Position numbers and translations under genes: made by a program. The notes beneath the pieces were generated by a model that had not been told where the DNA came from, did not search any database, and was given only the letters and a program-made list of their open reading frames with translations. From a virus (Duplodnaviria; Caudoviricetes): DNA of 25,116 nucleotides. Shown here piece after piece: positions 7,227-15,800 of this stretch. Position 1 is the first letter of the stretch; every line of letters starts with the position of its first letter. Location: positions 1 to 25,116 of the IMG/VR virus record IMGVR_UViG_3300027863_000165; one strand, written 5' to 3'.

Positions 7227-7267
7227 CACGTTGTGTGCTAAGAGCCAAACCTAAAGGAGGTAATGTT

Positions 7268-9004
7268 ATGAAAAAACAAAAAACTAAATATGAACAGTTA
7301 ATAGATTACCATAAGATCCCACCAAAAGTCAAGAACTTTAAATGGATTTTTTATCTGCACATCGCAAAAAAACTCAGAAAGGTTAAGGCAAGTGAGCTGA
7401 AGCATGCATGTATAGATTACCTTAAAAGAGCATTTAACATTGATGTGAATCCTGAGAGTATCGAGAAAGATATAAAGAGAATGTTAAAGTTAGGTTTACT
7501 CAAAAAAGAAGGTAATCTGGTAATGATTGATGAAGATCTGCTGGATGCTGAGACTACACTTATTAGATGTAGAACTAACTATCTAGCACTGCCTTATCCA
7601 ATGCCAATCTCGTATCTAAGGCTGATGGATATCCTCTTCGATCTAGGCAATGGTAAGGAAGTATTGCCGCTCTTTAGCAATCTAGCAGAGCAGCTAGGCG
7701 TTACGGTTAGGCATATCAGAAGAATGCTAAGAGATCTTGAATCCAAAGGTATGCTAGAACTAGTCGAGAGAGGAGAGCTTTATGCCGTCAGGCCTAACAC
7801 AGCATATCGGGCTTTCGTGGACTACAAACATGCCCCTGCATACATATTCGTTAGAGTGGATAAAGATGATAATGATTACCAAAAAGACCATCAAAAAGGG
7901 GACTTTTATGTCCCAAAAAGGGGACTTTTATGTCCCAAAAAGGGGACTTTTATGTCCTGTCAGTTTCAAGAAAATATAGATTCTGAAAGGCCTGAAGAGA
8001 TAATAAATAAAGAAATAAATAAAGAAATAAACCTGAAGAACTGCAATGAATCAGAAATCAAAGATTTCAAAAATGAGGAATCTGAAGATAGAAATTTCAA
8101 AGATAAAAATCTGAAAGATTCAAATCTCAAAGATAAAGATCTAGAAGATTTCAATCTTAAAGATTTTGAAAATAAAAAATTTGAAATGCTTAGGGAAATT
8201 CCCTCCCTCCCACCCATTTATTTATTTAATTCTAAGCATTGTTCTTTTTTTAAAGATAAGGATATGGTTAGAAGAAAAGAAAGAATTTTTGGTTTTGATG
8301 ACACTAAACAAAGTTTAAGTAATATCAAACAAGGGTTTTTTCTTGAAGAACTGCTAGGCGGTAGGGTAAAATCCAAGCTGCTAGGACGATACTTCTATTC
8401 ATCAGGAGGTGCAGTAATGGACACAGATCTTCTTAATGATGTGATTAAGAAAAGGCACAGAAAGACTATCCAGAAGCAAAGGGACGGTGTTCAGCCAGAG
8501 AAGAAGTTCAAGTATTTCCTTAACGAGATAAAGGTAATTACTGGTCAGACTGTGGATAAGAAGGACTATCCTAAGGTTAAGAAGTTTATTGAATTCTGCA
8601 ATAACAATAAGCTTAAGATGGATGAGCTACTTAGCTATTTCTTTGAGAGCCATGAGCTTCTGTTTCAGACTATCGAAAAGAGAAATGATAAGTATCGTGA
8701 GTTTCTAGAGAGTCTTGGGATTAACACAAAGGAACCATCCTTTACTTTGCTAGGTCTTGATCAGATCTTAATGGAGCTTAAGAAGCATGCTACTAAAAGA
8801 TTGGAAGAGTATGGATTTACTCTTAAAGGTTATATCCCCTCCAAAGATGCAGTTAAGCTGGAGATAAAAGAAGAAGGCCGATCGGTTATTATTCCAGTCT
8901 CAGCCTTTAATCAGCTTCCACTCATGATGAGGAAACAGCTTTATCAGAGAGTAGAGCGACTGAAAGAAAAAGCTAAGGAGCTCAGATATGAAGCTAAAGC
9001 CTAA
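7268..9004 (+). CDS. Putative replication initiator (winged-helix; lambda O / plasmid Rep-like), likely start 7268
   Basis: Two wHTH-like segments (SIEKDIKRMLKLGLL; LAEQLGVTVRHIRRMLRDLESKGML), internal iterons, INKEINKEIN linker, position directly upstream of DnaB; RBS AAGGAGGT before ATG 7268. Confidence 0.7.
   Translation: MKKQKTKYEQLIDYHKIPPKVKNFKWIFYLHIAKKLRKVKASELKHACIDYLKRAFNIDVNPESIEKDIKRMLKLGLLKKEGNLVMIDEDLLDAETTLIRCRTNYLALPYPMPISYLRLMDILFDLGNGKEVLPLFSNLAEQLGVTVRHIRRMLRDLESKGMLELVERGELYAVRPNTAYRAFVDYKHAPAYIFVRVDKDDNDYQKDHQKGDFYVPKRGLLCPKKGTFMSCQFQENIDSERPEEIINKEINKEINLKNCNESEIKDFKNEESEDRNFKDKNLKDSNLKDKDLEDFNLKDFENKKFEMLREIPSLPPIYLFNSKHCSFFKDKDMVRRKERIFGFDDTKQSLSNIKQGFFLEELLGGRVKSKLLGRYFYSSGGAVMDTDLLNDVIKKRHRKTIQKQRDGVQPEKKFKYFLNEIKVITGQTVDKKDYPKVKKFIEFCNNNKLKMDELLSYFFESHELLFQTIEKRNDKYREFLESLGINTKEPSFTLLGLDQILMELKKHATKRLEEYGFTLKGYIPSKDAVKLEIKEEGRSVIIPVSAFNQLPLMMRKQLYQRVERLKEKAKELRYEAKA
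7892..7957 (+). repeat. 3 x 22-bp perfect tandem repeats (iterons; putative replication origin)
   Basis: CAAAAAGGGGACTTTTATGTCC x3, each containing the inverted repeat GGAC-TTTTAT-GTCC. Confidence 0.9.
8002..8031 (+). repeat. AT-rich 12-bp repeats (putative DNA unwinding element)
   Basis: AATAAATAAAGA x2.5 beginning about 45 nt after the iterons. Confidence 0.7.
8075..8164 (+). repeat. Degenerate 15-bp repeats encoding x-N/D-L/F-K/E-D pentapeptides
   Basis: gaggaatctgaagat, agaaatttcaaagat, aaaaatctgaaagat, tcaaatctcaaagat, aaagatctagaagat, ttcaatcttaaagat. Confidence 0.7.
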
Positions 9005-10301
9005 TTGCGGCTTACTTCTTCTCTATAAAGCACTAGAGGCTAAGGATATTGATACCATAACATCGATCGACTATAGGAGAATCTTAACTCATGAAGAGCA
9101 GCTTAAATACAATGAGATAATTGAATTTGTTTCTAAGTATTCAGAGCTTCCTCCAACATCTATCATCAATCTGGATGAGGATGAGGAAAGACTATGTGCA
9201 GAATATCCAATTGATTATTGGAAGGACATGGTCACTCTCCGTCTGAAAGCGCTTTCATTGACTAAGATACATCAGATACTTTCTATTCCAGAAATAACCC
9301 CTGATGATGCATACAATAAGATTGAGAACATTATCAGAACTCATCAGCTTTATGATACTGAAGATGTGACTATTGGGTTTAACGAATTCAAAGATCTAGT
9401 GTTGAAATACAGAATTAGAAGCATCTCTCGGAGAATCTCAGGAATTCCTACTGGATGGCCATCTTTAGATTTCTATTTTGATGGTTATCAGAAGTCAGAA
9501 GTTTATGTCTTTTGTGGACGTCCTAAGACTGGAAAGACGATGCTTCTAGTTTACAGTGCTAATCATGCCATTGATCAGAAGTATAAAGTTATGTTCGTTA
9601 GCACTGAATTGAGCCGATCAAGAATCCTAGCCAGATTTGTGGCTGAGAGAGCTAAACTTAATATCAGAAGTGCCTTAAAACTCAACCTAGATGATTTCGC
9701 TCTTAAGAAATATGAGGAAGCATGCTACGGCATAGATAATTTCATCTTAGTTGGGGATAAGCTTAGAAGAGACACATCATCTATCGCTTCAGCTGTTATC
9801 AGACATAATCCAGACATTCTTTTTATTGATGGAGCTTACTTACTAAAACCAAGAAAAAGCAAATTAGATATTGGATGGGAAGCTGTAGCTGAGGTTGTAA
9901 ACGAGATCAAAGAGCTAGCTATGTCCTTTAACATCCCAGTTGTAATTTCGTATCAGTTCAACAGACAAACGAACAGCAAGAAAATTTCAATTTCAAATAT
10001 CGCCTACGGGGATTCAGTTGGTCAAATTGCTGGTGGCGTCGTTGGCCTAAAGGAAGATATTGAATCTCTCCAGCGTGAAATAGTGATCCTAGCTAATCGT
10101 GACGGAGAGATAGGGTCTTTCTTCATCAATTGGGATTTTAAAAATATGGACTTCTCAGAAGTGGAGAAGTCGCCTTTCAAGAAAGAAGAAGATGATGAGA
10201 TCATCTATTATGATGATATAAACGAAGAAGAAGAGGAGGATGAACAATGGTTAGACCTAAGAAGCTCCCGGGGCTTCCAAGAAGGAAAGTTACAAGATTG
10301 A
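8988..10301 (+). CDS. dnaB: DnaB-like replicative helicase (SF4)
   Basis: GIPTGWPSLD, Walker A GRPKTGKT, FVSTELS, LFIDG, SYQFNR, ANRDG; acidic C-terminal tail. Confidence 0.93.
   Translation: MKLKPNCGLLLLYKALEAKDIDTITSIDYRRILTHEEQLKYNEIIEFVSKYSELPPTSIINLDEDEERLCAEYPIDYWKDMVTLRLKALSLTKIHQILSIPEITPDDAYNKIENIIRTHQLYDTEDVTIGFNEFKDLVLKYRIRSISRRISGIPTGWPSLDFYFDGYQKSEVYVFCGRPKTGKTMLLVYSANHAIDQKYKVMFVSTELSRSRILARFVAERAKLNIRSALKLNLDDFALKKYEEACYGIDNFILVGDKLRRDTSSIASAVIRHNPDILFIDGAYLLKPRKSKLDIGWEAVAEVVNEIKELAMSFNIPVVISYQFNRQTNSKKISISNIAYGDSVGQIAGGVVGLKEDIESLQREIVILANRDGEIGSFFINWDFKNMDFSEVEKSPFKKEEDDEIIYYDDINEEEEEDEQWLDLRSSRGFQEGKLQD
9244..9257. promoter_or_regulatory. Exact intragenic copy of the TGAAAGCGCTTTCA palindrome
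   Basis: Seen in sequence inside dnaB (codons L-K-A-L-S). Confidence 0.5.
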
Positions 10302-10489
10302 GTCAGATCATTAAGCTTTATTACAAATTTAGAGAGATAGATGACATCACTCTCTATTCGCCAGAAGATTTGTTAGAGTTAGTTTACAACACAATAAGAG
10401 ATAAGGAGTATCACAGTGATGACATACATGCTTACCTTCGGCTCTATCGTGACACTTTTAAGAGAATTTACAACCAACCATATAGCTAA
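10247..10489 (+). CDS. Hypothetical protein (80 aa)
   Basis: RBS GAGGAGG; overlaps the end of dnaB; basic N-terminus. Confidence 0.7.
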   Translation: MVRPKKLPGLPRRKVTRLSQIIKLYYKFREIDDITLYSPEDLLELVYNTIRDKEYHSDDIHAYLRLYRDTFKRIYNQPYS

Positions 10490-10607
10490 AATCTAAAAAT
10501 CGAATTTAAGGCCATTTTTAGGCTCCAGGAGCGCATCTTAAGGTATGGGTAATATGTTTTATCGTTTTAAAGAAAACTTTTCGTCTAAAACCAAAATAGG
10601 AGGCTCT

Positions 10608-11513
10608 ATGAACGAATCAGCTGCAATCCAGGTATTGAAAATGCTTAATTGCAGAAAGATAAGAAAGGCTGGAGAGAATGTGATGGGAACATGTCCATTT
10701 GAGAAGTATAGGCATTATAGAGGGAGGGACAATAAACCATCATTTGGAATCAAGCTTGGGTATAAGAGCGTATTCCATTGTTTTGGTTGTGATATCTCAG
10801 GGAAGGTAAAGGATCTACCTAAGTTGTTAGCAACCTACACTTATGATTATGATGTGGTGCTAGAACATTTTATTAAGGCTAATGAGCCATGTCCAGATTA
10901 CCAGCCTGACATCTCAGATATCGATATTGATTATGTAAATCTAGATAATGTTATTGTCTCAGCTGATGTTCCAGATGAGATTCCTACTTTAAAACTTAGT
11001 AAAGGCGATATAGAGAAATGGAACATAAGATATAATCCATCAGAAAATACCATTATGTTTCCTATATATGATAAGAACAAGAAACTTCTAGCTGTAAAAT
11101 GCAGAACAATTCTAGGGAAAAATTTCTTCTACCATAAAGGATCAGCTAATACAAAAAAGTTAGGCGTTTGGTATGGGATGGATAAGGTAGGGAAGCTAAA
11201 CGGAAAGGTTGTGCTCTGCGAAGGAGAAAGAGATGCAATACTTTTGTCCCGATACGGGATAACAGCTTGGGCGTGTCAGGGATTTCCATCAGATGACCAG
11301 ATAAAGACAATAAAGAAACTTATTAAACCAATAGTTCTCTTCTTTGATAATGATAAAGCTGGAAATGAAATCAAAGAAAAAATAATCGATGAGTGTAAAT
11401 TCTTTAACGACATCTATGCTGTCACAAATTATTCAGATCTAAAAGATCCAGCAGAAATTGTCGAGGTTGGCAGACTGAATGAAGCCATTAGTTCCATACA
11501 AAAAATATGTTGA
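10608..11513 (+). CDS. dnaG: DNA primase (Zn finger + TOPRIM), likely start 10608
   Basis: CPF...H...DNKPSF...FHCFGC zinc finger; LCEGERDA, FFDNDKAG, KDPAE TOPRIM motifs; RBS AGGAGG. Confidence 0.92.
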   Translation: MNESAAIQVLKMLNCRKIRKAGENVMGTCPFEKYRHYRGRDNKPSFGIKLGYKSVFHCFGCDISGKVKDLPKLLATYTYDYDVVLEHFIKANEPCPDYQPDISDIDIDYVNLDNVIVSADVPDEIPTLKLSKGDIEKWNIRYNPSENTIMFPIYDKNKKLLAVKCRTILGKNFFYHKGSANTKKLGVWYGMDKVGKLNGKVVLCEGERDAILLSRYGITAWACQGFPSDDQIKTIKKLIKPIVLFFDNDKAGNEIKEKIIDECKFFNDIYAVTNYSDLKDPAEIVEVGRLNEAISSIQKIC

Positions 11514-11538
11514 CAAAAAAAGTTTAAAATGGTATAAT
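11510..11538 (+). promoter_or_regulatory. Consensus sigma70 promoter for the SSB operon
   Basis: TTGACA (11510-11515), 17-nt spacer, TATAAT (11533-11538) with extended TGn; overlaps the primase stop codon. Confidence 0.9.
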
Positions 11539-11574
11539 ATGCATTGTTAATCAAACAAAAGAAAGGAGAGCGTC

Positions 11575-12279
11575 ATGGCTAAACCTAGTTGGTTTTTAGT
11601 TGGCGAGGAAGCGTTGGAAGCTAAGAAGAAGGAGGATGCTCTTGCTCAAGTTAGGAAGAGCAGGGTTGTTCCTCGGTTTTGGCTTCGGGAATCTGAAGAG
11701 GCGGTAATCATCTTTGTTGACGATCTTGGGTTCTTCGTAAGACAGCATCAAGTATCGATCAATAATTCCTGGTTGCATTATACCTGCGTAAAGGATTATC
11801 AAGTATGTCCGTTGTGTCAGGCCAGAGAGAATCCGATGTTAAAAAACATAGTCAAGCCATCTTTTGTAACCTCATTCTTCACAGTTATAGATACCCGGAC
11901 TATCAAATACAAGGATGGAACAGAGGTGAGAAATAGAAAGCTTCTATTTCCAGCTAAAGGCGAAGCAATCGAGATGATCTTTGATCTGAAGAAATCGCTT
12001 GGATCTTTGGTTGGTATTTCCGTGAGGGTTAAGCGGTATGGTGGTAGCAGAACTGTGAATTGTGGAAACTCTTTTACTGTAATTAGTGATAAACCAGTTG
12101 ATCTATCTAAAATTGCTCCTGATGCTCATATTCCGTTTGAATATGAAAAGGTCTTAGCACCACCAACAGAAGAAGAACTCAAGGCTCTAGGGCTTTATAC
12201 GCTTCCTCTAGGAGCAGATACAAAAATTTCAGAACAAGATATCAATGTTAATCCAGGACTTGCTGATTTGCTAAGATAG
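11575..12279 (+). CDS. Single-stranded DNA-binding protein (gp32-like, Zn-binding)
   Basis: RFWL...IIFVDD...H...YTC....VCPLC pattern; located in the replication cluster behind a strong promoter. Confidence 0.7.
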   Translation: MAKPSWFLVGEEALEAKKKEDALAQVRKSRVVPRFWLRESEEAVIIFVDDLGFFVRQHQVSINNSWLHYTCVKDYQVCPLCQARENPMLKNIVKPSFVTSFFTVIDTRTIKYKDGTEVRNRKLLFPAKGEAIEMIFDLKKSLGSLVGISVRVKRYGGSRTVNCGNSFTVISDKPVDLSKIAPDAHIPFEYEKVLAPPTEEELKALGLYTLPLGADTKISEQDINVNPGLADLLR

Positions 12280-12289
12280 GAGGTGAACA

Positions 12290-13564
12290 ATGAACCTCTG
12301 GGATGAAGTAGTAAAAGTCGAGGCTATGGCCTTAGTGAGAACTAAAATGAAAAATTATCTTATGGAGAAACTAACTGTAGTTAATTCCAGGGAAAATTTT
12401 GAGATTCCATTGACTAAGGATGGTGGGAAGGATTTGCTATGGATTCCCAGAGGTTTGGTTAATAAGCCAGCAGAAGATGCTGGTTGGAAAAGTTTGAATG
12501 TGAAACATAAGATAACTCTTAGGGATAATCAGAAACCTTTAGTTGAAAAATTTATAAACTATATCGAAAAGACACATCCGAATGGTGGCATTATCTCAGC
12601 AGCTACTGGAACTGGGAAAACTATTATCGGAATTTATCTTGCCTGCTACCTTAATCTTAAGACCTTAATCATAGTCCCAAATGAAGTCATAATGAATCAG
12701 TGGATTGAGAGAATAAAACAGTTTACTAATTGTAATGACGTTGGGGTTATCCGTGGTTACAAATGTGATTACCAGCATCCATTTACTGTAGCTATGCTGC
12801 ATACGATCTGTAAAGATAGGTTTGATTTTCTAGAGAAAGAGTTCGGAATTGTAATCTATGATGAAGTCCATACAATATCTACTCAGTACTTTAATACTGT
12901 AGCAGGTAAGTTTCACAGCAAAGTTTGTATTGGCCTATCAGCTACTCCAACCAGAAAAGATGGAACTGAATCAGTCTTCATCTATCATATTGGAAAAGTA
13001 TGTGCAGCAGATACTAATCTTGATGCTGTCCCTCGTGTTGTCATCGTCAAATATAGAGGTTTAGATTCTTCCACGGTAGGATGTCGTAAATTTAACGGTG
13101 ATCTTAACCTTGGTAAATTCTACAATAAGTTAGTTAATCTTAGAGATAGAAATCTTCTGATTGCTAAGATTGCAAAAGAAGCTCTTAATAATAACCATAG
13201 AATCTTAATCCTAACTGAAAGATTAAAGCATATTGATGTTCTGAAGAAGATACTAAATGGAATGGGAATCAATGGAGATACTGTTGGAATCCTAACAGCT
13301 GATACAAAGGAGATTGATAAGCCGCTGATAATTGGAACATATGGCTCTGCTGGACTAGGATTAGATATCCCAGACCTATCTTGTTTAATTCTAGCAATGC
13401 CGAGGACTGATGTTAAGCAAGCAGCTGGAAGAGTGACGAGAGCTAAGGCTAGAACTCCTATTATAGTTGATATCTTTGATACTAAGGATCCAATCATGAG
13501 AGCTTGGTATCAAAAGAGGCTGAATTTCTATACTACGATTACAGAGGACATAAACTATGAATAA
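12290..13564 (+). CDS. Superfamily 2 DExH helicase (UvsW/ResIII-like)
   Basis: AATGTGKT, YDEVH, GLSATP, GLGLDIPDL, QAAGRVTR motifs. Confidence 0.93.
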   Translation: MNLWDEVVKVEAMALVRTKMKNYLMEKLTVVNSRENFEIPLTKDGGKDLLWIPRGLVNKPAEDAGWKSLNVKHKITLRDNQKPLVEKFINYIEKTHPNGGIISAATGTGKTIIGIYLACYLNLKTLIIVPNEVIMNQWIERIKQFTNCNDVGVIRGYKCDYQHPFTVAMLHTICKDRFDFLEKEFGIVIYDEVHTISTQYFNTVAGKFHSKVCIGLSATPTRKDGTESVFIYHIGKVCAADTNLDAVPRVVIVKYRGLDSSTVGCRKFNGDLNLGKFYNKLVNLRDRNLLIAKIAKEALNNNHRILILTERLKHIDVLKKILNGMGINGDTVGILTADTKEIDKPLIIGTYGSAGLGLDIPDLSCLILAMPRTDVKQAAGRVTRAKARTPIIVDIFDTKDPIMRAWYQKRLNFYTTITEDINYE

Positions 13565-13829
13565 GACGAGAATCAAAAACTTCAGAAAGATGGTCAATCT
13601 GGTTAAGAGGAGAGCCAAGACAAGAAGATATTGGAAAGATTACTGGGAAACTAATAAGGATATATTGTTAGTTAAGAAGGCAGAGAGGTATTATACTGTT
13701 CCAGAGTATCGGGAGGGTATAAGAAAGAGATCGGCTATCAATATAGGAGTTCAAAATTTTCTTAATGCTATAAAAAGGCTATACATGGAGGCGCATTATG
13801 AAGGAGAAGAAGAAAACCACGAAAGTTAA
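13557..13829 (+). CDS. Hypothetical basic protein (90 aa)
   Basis: RBS GAGGA; overlaps neighbouring genes. Confidence 0.65.
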   Translation: MNKTRIKNFRKMVNLVKRRAKTRRYWKDYWETNKDILLVKKAERYYTVPEYREGIRKRSAINIGVQNFLNAIKRLYMEAHYEGEEENHES

Positions 13830-14022
13830 GAAAGAAGCAGAAGTAAGTATTGTTCTAGGTAGCACTCTCAATATGGGAAATTATGAGAGTTTGAGAGTGC
13901 AGGTTGGGATGTCTTATCCATGTAAAGCTGGTGATAAAGAGATCAGGAAGACATTTAAATACATTGCTGAGTTAACGGAAGAGCTGTTGAAAGAAGAGAT
14001 AAACAAACTGGCGGGGCGATAA
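13798..14022 (+). CDS. Conserved-looking small phage protein (74 aa)
   Basis: TLNMGNYESLRVQVG motif of a kind seen in phage replication clusters; RBS GGAGG; TAATG coupling to recA. Confidence 0.75.
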   Translation: MKEKKKTTKVKKEAEVSIVLGSTLNMGNYESLRVQVGMSYPCKAGDKEIRKTFKYIAELTEELLKEEINKLAGR

Positions 14023-15053
14023 TGGGCTTAGATAAGATATTAACTAAGTATCAATATTTTGTTGCTCATCAAGTTCCTTCGATTGAGCGACTAAGAAGCG
14101 GGATATTGGCTTTTGATATTGTAACTGGCGGTGGAATTCCAATTGGAAGATTTATTGAATTTCATGGTGATAAATCCACAGGGAAAAGCACAATGGCTCT
14201 CAAGATTGCTAATCAGTTTCTTCAAATGGATAACAGAAAGGCTGTTTATATCGACTTTGAAAATACCTTTGATCCAAAATGGAGCTCTCATTTCATATCA
14301 GATATGGAAAGAATGATAGTTGTCCAACCTGACTATGGTGAGCTGGGAGTCGATCTGTTTATTGAGCTTCATAAGAATGCTGACGAGGTTGGGTTTATCA
14401 TCATAGATAGCTTAGCTACTATTGTTCCAACTAAAGAAGCTGAGAATGATGCTTTCTCTAGTCATATAGCTCCACAGGCAAGGCTCATCTCAAGTATGTT
14501 CAGACGTGTTCTGCCTCTCGTATCTCAGAATAATAGAAGCAAGAAGCCGATCACTGTCATTTTGATAAACCAAATACGAAATAGAATTGATGGCTATGGA
14601 AGACCTGGTATTGTGAAGCCTGGTGGAAAGATGCAAGATGCCATTGTATCTATGGATATTAGATTCTACATTAAAGACTATAAGGTGGTTAACTCGATAC
14701 CTGTTATAGCCGTCTACCAAGTTCAAGTAGAGAAGAATAAAGTTGGTGGTCATCCTAAGCGTGCGGCTCAGTTTGAGTTATGCATAACTCCATATAAGAA
14801 TCTTAAGATTGGAGATTGCGATGACCTACGCTTGTATATCTCATTTATGAGGAAGCTTAATCTACTGATTAGAGAAGGGAATAAGTGGAAGCTTAATGAA
14901 AACGTTTTCAAAAATCAGGATGAGGTAATTACCTTTCTTCAAAATAGTTCAGAGGTAAAAGAGAAGTTGGCTAATGAGATTATAGAGATGTCAAATAAAG
15001 ACCTTTCATTCTTATTAGAGGATAGTGATGATAGTGAATTGCATAATGTGTAA
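14022..15053 (+). CDS. recA: RecA/UvsX-like recombinase
   Basis: GGGIPIGRFIEFHGDKSTGKST, YIDFENTFD, IIIDSLA, LINQIR, VEKNKV. Confidence 0.93.
   Translation: MGLDKILTKYQYFVAHQVPSIERLRSGILAFDIVTGGGIPIGRFIEFHGDKSTGKSTMALKIANQFLQMDNRKAVYIDFENTFDPKWSSHFISDMERMIVVQPDYGELGVDLFIELHKNADEVGFIIIDSLATIVPTKEAENDAFSSHIAPQARLISSMFRRVLPLVSQNNRSKKPITVILINQIRNRIDGYGRPGIVKPGGKMQDAIVSMDIRFYIKDYKVVNSIPVIAVYQVQVEKNKVGGHPKRAAQFELCITPYKNLKIGDCDDLRLYISFMRKLNLLIREGNKWKLNENVFKNQDEVITFLQNSSEVKEKLANEIIEMSNKDLSFLLEDSDDSELHNV
14897..14910. promoter_or_regulatory. Variant palindrome TGAAAACGTTTTCA (cre-consensus match) within recA
   Basis: Perfect 14-bp palindrome, 12/14 identical to the recurrent motif. Confidence 0.35.
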
Positions 15054-15474
15054 CTCTAAAATAGATTTCAAGCAATACAATTTATACAAATACTATCCTT
15101 CTCTATGTTCAGCTAATTGCCTTAAATCGTATCTGGAGAAATCAGAGCATAGTCTTAATGGTATTGAACAAGACATTGTTAAGGCTGATAGAGTAGCTCC
15201 ATGGTTTAGAAGTCAGTATGAGGTTGGTTTTGCTAGGTTTTTATCAAATTTAGGAATCAAATACCAATATGAACCTTTCTTCTTATCTGATAGAGAAAAG
15301 AAAAAGATTTATCTTCCAGATTTCTATCTTCCAGACCATGGGGTGTTTTTTGAAGTAAAAGGAAAGACTAGCGGAGTTCAGTGGTTTGCCTTCGAGCACT
15401 TCTTTAACAAATATCCAGGTCGCTTTTTTCTAATTACAAAGCATATCCTAGGTTTGTGGGGAATTAAAATATGA
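15025..15474 (+). CDS. T7 endonuclease I-like PD-(D/E)XK nuclease with N-terminal Cys cluster
   Basis: FRSQYE..FA.FL...YQYEP...YLPDFYL...FEVKG; CxxC...CSxxC at the N-terminus. Confidence 0.8.
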   Translation: MMIVNCIMCNSKIDFKQYNLYKYYPSLCSANCLKSYLEKSEHSLNGIEQDIVKADRVAPWFRSQYEVGFARFLSNLGIKYQYEPFFLSDREKKKIYLPDFYLPDHGVFFEVKGKTSGVQWFAFEHFFNKYPGRFFLITKHILGLWGIKI

Positions 15475-15800
15475 GCAAAAAAGGTAAGAGATTAACGGTA
15501 GATGAGATATTAGATGCACTAGTTGATGCTTCTCCTTTCATAGAATTGAGCGAAGGCAAACACATGGATACAAAGACCAAGAAGAAGAAAGTGGAAAGCT
15601 TGCTATTTGTAATCAGAGCATGCCTGGATGATATAGAAAGATATGCGAATATCTACACTCCAACAAGCTTCCACATTAGAAACTTAGTGCTGGTGTTTGA
15701 TATTGTTAACAAAGTAAGAAGGGGGTTTCTAAATTATGTCAGAAAACGTGATCGATCAATCGATGCAGACAGATTCGAGCAAGACGATGACAGAGAGTGA
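15471..15800 (+). CDS. Hypothetical protein (109 aa)
   Basis: ATGA overlap with the upstream gene; no motif recognised. Confidence 0.7.
   Translation: MSKKGKRLTVDEILDALVDASPFIELSEGKHMDTKTKKKKVESLLFVIRACLDDIERYANIYTPTSFHIRNLVLVFDIVNKVRRGFLNYVRKRDRSIDADRFEQDDDRE

Noticed and set aside
7116-7250. tRNA or known riboswitch in the GC-rich leader
   Set aside because: No cloverleaf, T-loop or recognisable aptamer consensus; kept only as an unclassified structured leader
7208-7267. ORF-track start of the initiator at 7208
   Set aside because: No RBS there; a strong AAGGAGGT precedes ATG 7268, and the intervening sequence forms hairpins
7892-7957. Possible mini CRISPR array
   Set aside because: The repeats are directly adjacent with no spacers; they fit iterons
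3175-14753. Antisense and out-of-frame shadow ORFs within the rightward genes (e.g. 3175..3594, 4839..5300, 7782..7979, 7966..8217, 13120..13497, 14490..14753)
   Set aside because: They lie opposite or inside genes with clear motifs; Ser/Leu/Phe-rich composition is typical of reverse-frame artefacts
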